Assembly: GCF_006345805.1 (NCBI RefSeq)
Contig: NC_043007.1
Location: forward strand, 73,036,001-73,100,000
Reading direction: 5' to 3'
Source of the DNA: Octopus sinensis
Lineage: Eukaryota
Length of the DNA stretch: 64,000 nt
Shown here: positions 13,026-23,479 of the stretch, one piece after another
Position numbering within the stretch: position 1 is the stretch's first letter
Layout: the number at the start of each line of letters is the position of its first letter
Notes under the pieces: model-generated
Databases searched by the model: none
What the model was told of the DNA's origin: nothing
The model's input: the letters and a program-made list of their open reading frames with translations, nothing else
Program-made: the position numbers and the translations under genes

Positions 13026-15595
13026 GTGTGCAAATGTACATTAATAAACTATATTAATAGTTAATTAATAGTATATAAACAGAATTAAACAATATTTATT
13101 AAAAAAATAAAATAATGATTTTTCTTGTAGAAGAAACTCGATTAACTAAATTTGAAAATTAAAACATTAGGATCATTGGCCTACAATACATTTAACCTGC
13201 TGAGAGGTTAAATGACCAGATTTGTGGCTGGTGCAAAATCCCCTCTCGACCCAAATGTAACAATGTTGTAGACAGGGCTATTAGAGAAAAGAGACAGGCT
13301 TGGAAGGACTGGAAAAATGGTGGTAGCAGGGAATTGTATCAGACTGCCAAAAGGGAAGCTAGGAGACAGGTCTATTTAGCCAGAGGGGAAGCAGATAAGA
13401 AAAAATTTGCCAAAGACTTGAGGTATTTCGTGTTGCAAGACAGTGTGTGAGAGAGAATTGTGATGTGGTAGGAGAGAAATGTGTTCACATGGATGATGGC
13501 TCACGTGCACTAAATGAGGATGCAAAGAGAGAGGCTTGGAAACGCCACTATGAAAGGTTGCTCAATAAAGAAAATGAATGGGATAAAGAGAGTCTGCCGA
13601 ATGTCAACCCAACAGAGGGACCAGCTATCCAAGTTGACAGCTCCCTGGTAGATGAGGCAATTAGAAGCATGAAGTCAGGGAAAGCCCCAGGCCCATCAGG
13701 AATCACTGCAGAGATGCTCAAAATATCTGGCGGTGTCGGCTATAGCCTAGTCACCCGTATAGTTAACCAGGTGATACACGAAGGAGTCATACCCAATTAC
13801 TGGTGCAGCAGCATAATAGTCAACTGCTACAAAGGTAAAGGTGACACCCTAGATACTAATAATTACAGAGGTATCAAGCTGTTGGATCAGGTAATGAAGG
13901 TTACAGAGAGGGTCATAGCCCAACTAATTAGAGAGAGAGTTAGTTTAGATGAGATGCAGTTTGCGTTCGTTCCAGGGAAGAGTACCACTGGTGCTATATT
14001 CCTGGTAAGGCAGCTGCAGGAGAAATACCTAGCCAAAGATAAGCCCCTATAACTGGCTTTCGTTGACATGGTGAAAGCCTTTGACAGGGTCCCCACATCC
14101 CTTATCTGGTGGTCAATGAGGAAACTAGGGATAGATGAATGGTTAGTGAGAGCTGTGCGAGCCATGTACAGGGACACTGCTAGTAGGGTGAGGGTTGGCA
14201 ACGAGTACAGTGAAGAATTCCGGGTAGAGGTAGGGGTCCACCAAGGTTCAGTCCTCAGCTCCCTCCTATTTAGCATAGTCCTCCAGGCAATAACAGGAAT
14301 TCAAGACAGGATGCCCCTGGGAGCTCCTCTATGCTGATGACCTTGTTCTAATTGCTGAGTCACTATCAGAACTGGAGTAGAAGTTTCAGGTGTGGAAGCA
14401 AGGACTAGAATCGAAGGGCCTTAGAGTCAACCTAGCTAAAACCAAAGTCCTAATAAGTAGGAAGGTAGAAAAATCACAAACGCCTTCAGGTAGATGGCCC
14501 TGCTCGATCTGTAGAAAAGACGTAGGTAGAAACTCTATAAGATGCACCAAGTGTAAGCTATGGACACATAAGAGGAGCAGCAATGTCAAAGGAAGGCTAA
14601 CTAAGAAAATAGTTTTTGTATGTGGCAGATGCTCTGGAGCAATAAACACTGAAGATGTGAAGAGACCAACTTCCGCCACATTCCAGGGAGAAAAACCAGA
14701 AATAGTTGATAGCTTCCGTTACCTAGGTGAGCAAGTCAATAGCGTGGGCAAGTGTGCTGAAAGTGTAACTGCTAGAGTAAGAATAGCCTAGGCAAAGTTC
14801 AGAGAGCTCTTACCTCTGCTGGTGACAAAGGGTCTCTCGCTCAGAGTAAAAGGTAGACTGTATGACGCATGTGTATGAACAGCCATACTACATGACAATG
14901 AAACATGAGCCATAACTGCTGAGCATATGTGCAAGCTTGCAAGGAATGAAGCCAATATGCTCCGCTGGATGTGTAATGTCAGTGTGAATACTTGATAGAG
15001 TGTAAGTACCTTGAGAGAAAAGTTGGACCTAAGAAGCTTCAGATGTGGTGTGCAAGAGAGATGACTGTTCTGGTATGGTCATGTGGTGAGAATGGATGAG
15101 GATAGCTGTGTGAAAAGGTGCCACACCCTAGCGGTTGAGGGAATCTGTGGAAGAGGTAGACCCAGGAGGACCTCGGATGAGGTGGTGAAGCACAACCTTC
15201 GACCATTAGGTCTTCCAGCATTAGGCCTCACCAAGGCAATGCTTAGTGACTGAGACCTTTGGAAATATGCTGTGCTTGAGAAGACCCGGCAAGCCAAGAG
15301 AGACCATAACCCATGGCTTATATATGTGTGTGTGTGTGTGTCTGTGTTTGTGTATATATTTATATTTACATATTCATATATTCTCTTTCTCTTCCTCTCC
15401 TTTACTTGTTTCAATTTATTTGACTGCGGACATGCTGGAGCAGCACCTTTAGTTAAGCAAATCGAACACAGGGCTTATTCTTTGGAAGCCCAGTACTTAT
15501 TCTATCAGTCTCTTTTCCTGAACTACTAAGTTACAGGGAACGTAAACACACCACCATCGGTTGTCAAGCGATGTTGGGGGGACAAACACAGACCA

Positions 15596-15640
<45 letters not shown>

Positions 15641-17101
15641 CATATATACGATGGGCTTCTTTCAGTTCTGTCTACCAAATCCACTCACAAGGCTTTGGTC
15701 GGCCTGATGCTATAGTAGAAGACACTTGCCCAAGGTGCCACACAGTGGGAATGAACCTGGAACCATGTGGTTGGTAAGCAAGCTACTTACCACACAGCCA
15801 CTCCTATGCCTATATTTATATATTTATATTTACATATGCATAAATTTATATTTACATATATATATATGTATATATTCACCTATATATATATATATATATA
15901 TTTATATTTATCTATATATATAAAAGAGGCTTTGGGTCAAAATTGTGCGCACATTTTGCTACGTCAGAGGTTGGCAGCCAGACCATTGGTCGGATTGAGC
16001 TGAAAATTGACTCAGGCATAGAAGGTGTAATGAGGCAGAGAGTTGAGTAGGTCAAAACTTGCCATCTGGAAAGATGCGGTTGCTATGGTGTGAAGAGTGA
16101 TTTTTTATTGATTCAATTGGCGCAATTGGCATCTAAACTAATGTATAAAATGAAGAAGGCAAACGTTGATACAAATTGGATTTTTATGTAAAAAGGGGTC
16201 TAAATGGGGCTGGAAGGGGATTAAAATTTACAGGAGGGGATAATTTGAGGTGAGAAATTGATAGGGAGACGTTTTGGGGCACTACAATGGATGCTTTGCT
16301 GGAAATACGGATTTTATTGATTTTTGGGGACACTTGGGGGTCTAGATTGGATACCGTTTGCCCAATTTCAATCAAATTTTCAACAGTGTAAAGTGGAAGT
16401 GGATTTGTAACTTAAGTGTGGAAAATGGGTTTTAAATTTTCAAAATTAAGGCAAGATTTTTGAAGTTGAAAAAATTTCTCATTTTTATGTATTTTTGCCT
16501 TTTATTTTTTATTGTTTACAGTTTTCATATTTTTTCAAAGAAATTTACAACTGAATGTAGCATGTTTAGAGCTTTCATTTGCATGGTCAATCGTCGAAAA
16601 ATTTCCAAAATAAGTACTAAATTTAACAAAGAAATCCTTTGTTTTCTTATTTTTAACCACTCAAATAATGGCACGCACAAAAGGCAAGTGTGCTTTCCGT
16701 TGTCACTGCCTGATATTTATGATTGAGCTTTCAAATTATTTCCTTCCTCAACTTTCTCAAGTTCTTTTGTTTTTTATAAATGGGAGAGAGATAAATAGAG
16801 AAAGATGGAGAGTCCAAGAGAAAGGAAGAGTAAGAGAATGGGAAAGTGAGAGAAAAACAAAGAGGGAGAATGTGGCGATAAGAAACAGAAAGGAAGCAAC
16901 AGAAAGTAACAATCACACCTTCAGCCATGCATAGTGGGGGTCACCTTAAACTAGTATATATATATTTACATATATATAAGTATTTATATAGGCAAATATA
17001 TTTATATATGCATATACATGTATATATGCTTATACATGTATATATGCATATACATGTGTATATGCATATACATTTATATATGCATATACATTTATATATG
17101 C

Positions 17102-17144
<43 letters not shown>

Positions 17145-17315
17145 CATATATGCTTATATATATATATATATATATATCTACATATGCATAGTTATATATT
17201 TATATATATACATATGTGTGTGTATATATATATATGTGTGTGTGTGTGTGTATATATATATGTGTATATATATATATGTGTGTGTGTGTGTGTGCGTGTA
17301 TATGTGTATATATAA

Positions 17316-17346
<31 letters not shown>

Positions 17347-19538
17347 CGCGAGAAAGAAGCAACAGAATGGATAGGTTTTTAGTACGATCGTTTCATACAA
17401 GGACAGGTTTTATTAAAAGTTGCAAAGATTACAGCATATAAACGAGTCCCGTACTCATCAGCTAAAATACATGTAAGTTCTCTAGACATCCTAGTGTTTG
17501 AGGCTATACTCATGAAGTAATGTAGATAATTAAAGTTCTTAAAGTGATGTATAGTCTATCACAGAATTTTAAAAAAGTTTGATAGCATCACAGAGAAGGT
17601 GACCTAATCCATATGAATTTCCATAGATATGATGAGGGATTATATACTCACAGAAGACAAATTTATCCATTGTTATTAGCATTACAGAGAGGGTGAATTA
17701 ATCCTTTGTATATATGCACAGATTCCAATGTGTAGATGTATAGGAACTTTATAGGAACTTTAATGAACTTTAGAAATCTGTTTAATTATCTACATTACTT
17801 CATGAGTATAGCCTCAAACACTAGGATGTCTAGAGAACTTACATGTATTTTAGCTGATGAGTACGGGACTCGTTTATGCTGTAATCTTTGCAACTTTTAA
17901 TAAACCGTCCTTGTATGAAACGATCGTACTAAAAACCTATCCATTCTTGTTGCTTCTTTCTCGCTTATAATCACCCCACATTACTGTATTGTTAAATCAG
18001 TATAGTTTTTTTTTTGGTGCATGCATCTAAGTTAGGTACCATATTCAAGTAATTTTTTAAATTAACTTGAATCTTTATTGCTCTTTGTATATATATATAT
18101 ATATATTTTTGTTGAAATGGAAAGATGAATTTTTTTGTTACAAATTTTCTTCTTCCATTCACTAATTATATATATATATATTATATATATATATATATAT
18201 ATAATATATATATATTTGTGTGTGTGTGTGTGTGTGTTATATATGGTGTGTGTGTGTATATATATAAATATATATATATATATAAAAATATATTATATAT
18301 ATATAATATATATATATATAATATGTGAAACAAAACTCTGTTGGCAGCAAACTCGGAGTCCCCACCACCCCTCCACTCATTTCTTTTCCGTATTAAAGTG
18401 GCTTGCAACGTGTTTGGAGGTGAGATATGTTGAATGCACCCGAAAAAACCTGTGGAAAAAAATTATTCCACACCGAGGATAGAATGGGTTTTTTAAGAAA
18501 TATTCACCCTAATGTTCCTACTCAAAAAATTCTAATTCATCAGAAAATGATCCCCCAAAATCCTGATTTAGATATATGTGTGTATGCGTGTGTGTGTGTG
18601 CCTGCGCTCCGCGCGCGCATTTACGTCAGGTTTCCGGGGTGTGAGAACAAATTAGGTTTCTTCACCAAATGTAAATATTTTAAAACTGAAACTACATCCA
18701 TGTTCGTTTTAGTTGTTTACTTTAGTGTTTGACAAACAAACGAGGTGGGGGGGGCTCTCCCTGCGTAAGCGATCGACCCTCTAGAAATAGCAGCCAACTT
18801 TTTTTCAAATTCTTCCTAATCGCTTTTGATAAGGATGCATGGAGAACGTGGTTTGGGGCTCCCTGCTCAAAGGAAAAACACAGAATAGTCATTCTTGAGA
18901 TACGTTTAGTTAGTTATAGGTGTGCACGAGCAGGCTTGACCTAGCGAAACTTATCTGTTGTGGTTGTTGTTAGTATGCTCTGACAATCCAACAGGTGTCA
19001 ATACAAGATGAGTGATGCTTAATTGAACTTGTACTAACGGAAGAATGCCTAAAATCATACGGTGATAAATTTAATTATCGTATAATCAAATATCAGTTGC
19101 TTGTAGATTATTGTTAACTGTATTATTAATAACTGTATATAGATCAATATACTTTTCTACTCTAAGGCAAAGTCGACCTCGGTGTAATTTGAACTCAGAA
19201 CGTAAAGAATGATTAAACAGGTTAAGTTCGTAGAAATAAATCGATGCTTATTCATTTCAAGACTACCGAATTACAGCACTGACAACAAAATAAAGTTCGT
19301 AGAGATTTTAAAGGGAAAAAAAATAATAACTTGAGAAAACAGTCTTAAAAAGATAGTTATTTCAAAAGATGAAGTAGAAATACCTAGATAACGAGATAAA
19401 ATACATAAATTGCTGAAATGAAATTATTGCATTAATTGTCATACTTACAATGTATTTAGGTTTAGGGCACACGGCGGAGTTGTGAATAAACAACAGTGTC
19501 AGAATAAATGCTGTTAAGAATCGTTCCATAGTGTCTTT
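419..19538 (-). CDS. IL-17 receptor-like (SEFIR-family type) single-pass receptor gene, 5' part (ectodomain exons); continues beyond the left window edge
   Basis: Hand-spliced exons with canonical GT-AG sites and matching phases give [27 protein letters not shown]|[10 protein letters not shown]|[42 protein letters not shown]|[39 protein letters not shown]|[39 protein letters not shown]|[55 protein letters not shown]|[20 protein letters not shown]|[36 protein letters not shown]. The motif order (P-x-x-P, W, LxxLxGF, C, V-H-x-LP, W...VxF...Y-x-L, PGxY, C-x-C...C...C) matches recalled IL17R FnIII domains. Family assignment is by recalled pattern, not a database search. Confidence 0.75.
870..1020 (+). 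mobile_element. Decayed tRNA-derived SINE with Meta/MESC-like core
   Basis: B-box-like gagttcaaattc, then gttgactttgcatttcat...gtcaatgtaatcgactt...ggccttgtgc. Homologous to the copies at 19945, 23480 and 63305. Confidence 0.6.
1815..2077 (+). mobile_element. RTE LINE fragment
   Basis: Homologous to 13195-13430 (gtagacaaagccattagagcaaagaaacaggcctggaaagcctgg...). Confidence 0.8.
2171..2582 (+). mobile_element. tRNA-derived SINE, family A, full length
   Basis: Head ggcgcaggagtggctgtgtggtaag...ggttcagtccc, internal (TA/TG)n, tail gtcaaatgactgaaacaagtaaaagagtaaaa. At least seven copies in the window. Confidence 0.9.
2606..2665 (-). CDS. IL17R-like exon ([20 protein letters not shown])
   Basis: Acceptor tttttttgttatcttcttcag, donor GTAAGT, phase 0/0, 60 nt. 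FnIII-type LxPGxYE motif. Confidence 0.8.
3216..3379 (-). CDS. IL17R-like exon (CREWLSEM...VNSSK), start of the second FnIII-like module
   Basis: Acceptor tttccctttacttttgcag, donor GTTTGT, phase 1/0, 164 nt. Also appears as ORF 3180..3380. Confidence 0.85.
4465..4605. repeat. Compound (GGT/GGA/GAT)n trinucleotide repeat with a duplicated gatgcccccaccagtttcctccaag unit
   Basis: Read directly from the sequence. Confidence 0.9.
4643..4760 (-). CDS. IL17R-like exon (HNFEFEIHP...EVDTF)
   Basis: Acceptor tttatttgcag, donor GTAAGG, phase 0/1, 118 nt. LLVHLHPLP resembles EVTVHHLP. Confidence 0.8.
5951..6066 (-). CDS. IL17R-like exon ([11 protein letters not shown]...SISN)
   Basis: Acceptor ttattttgttttaatag, donor GTGAGT, phase 1/0. 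Resembles the ILYLEGAEL...LCVRFEF segment of IL17RA (from memory). Confidence 0.85.
6649..6777 (-). CDS. IL17R-like exon (CQEDL...KAVWNA)
   Basis: Acceptor ttttccatgtttcag, donor GTAAGA, phase 1/1, 129 nt, open frame. Confidence 0.8.
6870..7140 (-). mobile_element. Decayed SINE body (underlies spurious ORF 6700..7014)
   Basis: The segments gatttgattcccagacc and aacatttgatccttataaacaaatcattt resemble a recalled octopus SINE head and body. Confidence 0.45.
8283..11620 (+). mobile_element. hAT (ZMYM1/Tip100-like) DNA transposon with decayed transposase
   Basis: TIRs cagggccagattta and reverse-complement caggactggattca (10/14 match). ORF remnants carry [25 protein letters not shown] and LSETCWSAR, plus the dimerisation motif [32 protein letters not shown] near 11170-11300. 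Multiple stops and frameshifts. Inserted in (CA)n. Confidence 0.9.
11640..12110 (-). mobile_element. Highly decayed RTE endonuclease remnant
   Basis: Minus-strand traces of ...KVDV..., ...APQSGL... and VGDFNLRVG (gttggtgactttaatttacgtgttgg). Confidence 0.55.
12299..12326 (-). CDS. Probable 28-nt micro-exon (EPYYRYETD+t)
   Basis: Strong acceptor ctctgtttttgtcttttcag and donor GTAAGT. Phase 0 in and phase 1 out, compatible with both neighbouring exons. Confidence 0.5.
12951..13030. repeat. (TG)n microsatellite
   Basis: Read directly from the sequence. Confidence 0.95.
13195..15315 (+). mobile_element. 5'-truncated RTE LINE (RT plus PHD-like insert plus 3' region), decayed
   Basis: ORFs 13447..14052, 14068..14337 and 14390..14791 with [28 protein letters not shown] and LYADD (frame-shifted). 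Stops separate the segments. Confidence 0.95.
15382..15810 (-). mobile_element. tRNA-derived SINE, family A
   Basis: Reverse complement of 2171-2582. Confidence 0.9.
15911..16954 (+). mobile_element. Probable non-autonomous Helitron
   Basis: Starts A|TCTATATATATAAAAGAG and ends ...gcatagtgggggtcaccttaaaCTAG|T, with no TSD. Both ends fit the Helitron A|TC...CTRR|T rule. Confidence 0.5.
16960..17346. repeat. 18-bp minisatellite (tatatatgcatatacatg, about 6-7 units) followed by compound (TA/TG)n
   Basis: Read directly from the sequence. Confidence 0.9.
17377..17467 (-). ncRNA. Type-I hammerhead ribozyme motif, intact core (sense to the IL17R-like pre-mRNA)
   Basis: Mirror copy of 17848-17934 with identical core and stems I and III; small indels only in the distal part of stem II. 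Confidence 0.75.
17848..17934 (+). ncRNA. Type-I hammerhead ribozyme motif, intact core
   Basis: Stem I UUUUAG/CUAAAA; core CUGAUGA; long stem II GUACGGGAC..GUUUAU/AUAAAC..GUCCUUGUAU; GAAAC; palindromic stem III ACGAUCGU; cleavage triplet GUA. Folded by eye. Confidence 0.75.
18160..18325. repeat. Compound (TA)n/(TG)n microsatellite
   Basis: Read directly from the sequence. Confidence 0.9.
18585..18960. promoter_or_regulatory. CpG-rich promoter/enhancer-like patch
   Basis: Locally CpG-retaining sequence in CpG-poor DNA. TGCGCTCCGCGCGCGCA (NRF1-like, 18603-18619), TTACGTCA (CRE/ATF-like, 18621-18628) and TTTCCGG (ETS-like) are clustered. Confidence 0.45.
19449..19529 (-). CDS. First coding exon (signal peptide) of the IL17R-like gene
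   Basis: ATG at 19529 encodes [27 protein letters not shown] with a hydrophobic core. Acceptor ttgttacag ends at 19539; donor GTAAGT follows 19449; phase 0. Confidence 0.7.
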
Positions 19539-19944
19539 CTGTAACAAATTTAGTCGAGATTGAAATATTGATACAGTAAATAAGAATAACTTTAGTCAGA
19601 TCATGGTCGAGATAACAACAACACCAGCAACAACATCATATTGGCGTCTGTCTTTCGAAATGAACCAGAACGAAACTCTTCAGAATAAATAAAGACAGAA
19701 AAATTTGTTGCGGTTATGACCCGGATATATAAAAAAATATGAAAAAAACTGTGAATATGTCAAAAATACCGTTACATATAGTATAACACTTAACCAAAAA
19801 AAAAAGAAAAGAAAAACGAAGAACTTGATTTCTAATTTTCTGTGCAAACACACCGGATATACAGGAAATGACAATTAACACATTGCGTTTAAAATAATAA
19901 TTAATAATTAGTGTTAAATAATTGAAGTTGATAAGAAGCAAATT

Positions 19945-20340
19945 TCATTTCTACACTAGGCACAAGGCCCGAAGTTTTGGGGGAGGAGCCAGTCGATTAG
20001 ATCGACCACAATACGCAACTGGTACTTAATTTATCAATCCCGAAAGGATGAAAGACAAAGTCGACCTCGACGGAATTTGAACTCAGAACGTAAAGACAGA
20101 CGAAATACCTATTTCTTTATTACCCACAAGGGGCTAAACACAGAGGGGACAAACAAGGACAGACAGACATAGGTATTAAGTCGATTACATCGACTCCAGT
20201 GCGTAACTGGTACTAATTTATCGACCCCGAAAGGATGAAAGGCAAAGTCGACCTCGGCGGAATTTGAACTCACAACGTAACGCAGACGAAATACCGCTAA
20301 GCATTTCGCCCAGCGTGCTAACGTTTCTGCCAGCTCGCCC
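19945..20340 (-). mobile_element. Dimeric tRNA-derived SINE with Meta/MESC-like core
   Basis: Minus-strand head GGCGAGCTGGCAGAA...GAGTTCAAATTCC, with the core gtcgactttgcctttcatcctttcggggtcgataaat present twice. Confidence 0.85.
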
Positions 20341-22107
20341 CTTTAAGAAACAACGTTAGTAGACATCGCGCTTGCAAGATTGCTAGCGTGTCATACTTTA
20401 GGAGACATTTATTCCGACTCGTTCTGCAAAATCGCGCCCAAATCAATTTGAGCCTTCATTTTTTTTTCCCGTGATGGATAAAAAGTAAAGTCCAGTCATG
20501 AACTGGGGGCAATGTAGTCGACCAACTCCCTTTCATTGAAACTGCTGGTCTTGAGCCAAAAATAGAAACAATTATCTTAGTATGCTTAGGAAACAGTTTG
20601 GGGTATGTTTCGGTTTTATTCTGACCTCAGCATCAAAACGTATTTGCTGAAGTAGTGAGGGTGTCAAAAATTAGAATACTTTAGTGAGCAAATAACACAT
20701 GAAAAACAATAATCAAAGTGGTGTTGGCTTATTTAATGTGGGGACCATTAAAATAAAAGTAGAAATAATTATAATATTTTAATTGTAGTGAATCTTGCAT
20801 GCATGAAGTGGATTCGATCCACCATACCCAAATTTAAATTAACACTGCAACAGAACTTTTCCCACGATGGAACAATGGTTTTTCTTTGACAGCGATTTTA
20901 GATTTTTCAGATGCCTTTAGCTAGGCCGAAATAATGTCTTCACCACTTGACCCTTTCTAACCTCTTCTACTTCACCAAAAGCTAGAATAGAGATAACAAG
21001 ACCACCAACTAAATCTATTGTTTTCAATGATATATCTATCCTTCTAGATAGTTATAAAAGCAAGCATACCCCAAGCAAAAATCAGTTCATCATAGTCGTG
21101 ACAACTCAACGGAGTTAGTCACGGTCGGTGATGACTCAACGAAGTCTGGCTGACCAGCTAGAATCTTAGTCAGAGGGAGAAAGCAACTGTGAGACAACAT
21201 CCTACAATTCTCTCTAGCTCTAATTCTGTTCTCTTACAACATCATTCTATCTCTCTCTGTATTTACAACTAAACAATGAAGAGGACACAAACATAAACTT
21301 TACTTTGCATGCTTTGGGATTTATTATAACCTGCCCGTCGAGGCAAGGTTTTTGTAAGTAACGGTAAATAAATATTTCCTTAAAACTTCATGCATCAATC
21401 AGTCACATCTTACGGTATTCAATTACAACAAACTTTTTATCATTACAAATGCAGACTTCGACATTTCAAAATATTGTGTACCAAATCAATTTCTGTCGTT
21501 ACATAATAATAATTTATAAATGCAAGAGACAACTCTCAACAAGTTTCTTTGCTGTTATAATATACACCTGAGGCAATGTATGCATACTTCTGCTGTTGTT
21601 TCTGTTTATGAATGATGGTGATAAGTTAAATATGATCCTATACTGCCAGCTCCTACCACTAATCTTGGATGAATAAAATCCCATTTTAGTTTTTTTAATT
21701 AACGTGAGCTAAAACACCAATTCATCCATTTTTTTTTCATAATTATTTTTCATTATTTTTCATATTTTTTTCACCATTATTTGTATATATACTTCCAAAT
21801 TCAGTTTCCAGTTCGTTTAATTTTACTGTATTATGATATAAATTCCTTCAAATAGGTAACAGACCTTCAACTTGTCCTCATCTCTTTAAAATTTGAAGAC
21901 ATGGTACTAAATTTTAAGAAACATTTATTACTGTTGTCTTTTAAAGTCAAGTGACATCATATTCGAGAATTATTTCAGAATACCAAGCATATGACCGGGT
22001 TCCCAGGTTCAGCCATTTTACTTCACTTATATTATTAATGCTCCTTAAAAAATCATAATTATAACAATTTTATTATCTTTAAAAATCCAGGCGGTATATC
22101 TACTTTA

Positions 22108-22378
22108 TTCTTTTTATTCTTTTACTTGTTTTAGTCATTTGACTGCAGCCATGCAGGAGCACCACCTTTAGCCAAACAAATCGACCCTAGAACTTATTCT
22201 TTGCAAACTGAGTACTTATTCTATCAGTCTCCTTTACCAAACCACAAAGTTATAGGGATGCAAACACACCAACATTGGTTGTCAAGCGATGGTGGGGGAT
22301 AAATGTAGACACACAAATACCTACACACACACATATTTGAAGGGTTTCTTTCAGTTTCCATTTACCAAATCCACTCAA
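22108..22378 (-). mobile_element. SINE family A, head truncated
   Basis: Homologous to 2171-2582. Confidence 0.85.
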
Positions 22379-22419
22379 CTGAAATGATTGTTTTTTTGGT
22401 TTTTTTTGCTGTACTCAGG

Positions 22420-23330
22420 AAGACTCACCCATCACAGTGAAAGTGAGATACTAGAAGTATTATGCTAGTTCTTGTCCATGCTGGGTCTATACCCAATTTG
22501 TCTGCATCAAGCAACCTCTTGAAAGACACACGCACATCTCATCTTCCTAATATTCACCCCTCCATCACTCTTCTAACTAGTGTACTACTCAACTGCTGCA
22601 ATCATTTGAGAGGATAATCAGCACATACTTTAGCACTGCCAATAACCTCACTTTTATTATCATCCCTGTCCATGCTACTTCCAATGATCACCTCACTTTC
22701 TGTGCCTTCAGTAGTCTCCACCTCATGTCTGAGCTAAACCTTAGGTCTTCCATATTTCATCTTTAACACCTCTCCTATTTGCTATCATTTTCAACACCTC
22801 ATATCCGCTATTGATGATCCTTCCACCTTTGTTGCCCTACTCACTTTAGCCACCCTCTGACCTCCATCTCTCCCAGTTTATCACCCTCCCTCTTTATTCT
22901 CACACTCTGCACACCATCTCCCAAATTTTTTATCTGTCCACGAATATATGGTACTGCTGTCCTCCACCCTTCATGTGCTGCTAATTGTCACCTTCTCCTC
23001 CCTCAAACACTTCTATCTCTATCTCTTCCACCTCCTCCCTTCCATTCTGATATTTACCATCAACTACATCCCCACCCTTTTTCATCACTCACAGCATCCA
23101 CCTCTACCCTCACCTTTAAACATTTGTTCCTTTCCTCTCACACCCTTATGAAATTGCCCACATTATCCTTCTTACTATTCCACTGTCGATATTCTTTCTT
23201 ATACTCACTTTCATATACCTTGAGAGTTTGCTCTGACACCTTGTCAACACAATCTCTATCTTCCTTACAGCTACTGTGACCCACCTACACAAAATGTGGG
23301 GTAGTCATGTATCACCTCTATAGCAAGATC
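22420..23330 (-). mobile_element. Decayed RTE LINE remnant
   Basis: Pyrimidine-rich plus strand typical of antisense RTE coding sequence; no intact ORF. Confidence 0.5.
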
Positions 23331-23479
23331 AATGATTGTAGTGTATTAGAAGGTGAAGGCTTGTGGGTGTGGATTAGAACTGTTAAATGAAATTGGGTTG
23401 GCTTTGCAAGATGTACCCAAGGTTTTAATTCATAGAAATTCTCTGGCTTCTCATTGTCTTTTCAAATACAATAACCTAT

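Larger units (their letters stand above)
17348..17964. mobile_element. Foldback element: ~185-bp near-perfect inverted arms (17348-17534 and 17781-17964), Penelope pseudo-LTR-like
   Basis: The arms are reverse complements with only small indels. The 245-bp spacer contains ~50-nt degenerate repeats (cacagagaaggtga...taatcc). Each arm carries a hammerhead fold. Confidence 0.85.

Noticed and set aside
19640-19690. CTGAAGA...CGAAAG on the minus strand as a hammerhead
   Set aside because: No stem II pairing, no UH triplet and no stem I complement.
21600-21700. Minus-strand LVVGAGSIGSYL resembling a Rossmann GxGxxG motif
   Set aside because: An in-frame stop follows within a few codons and there are no partner exons; most likely chance.
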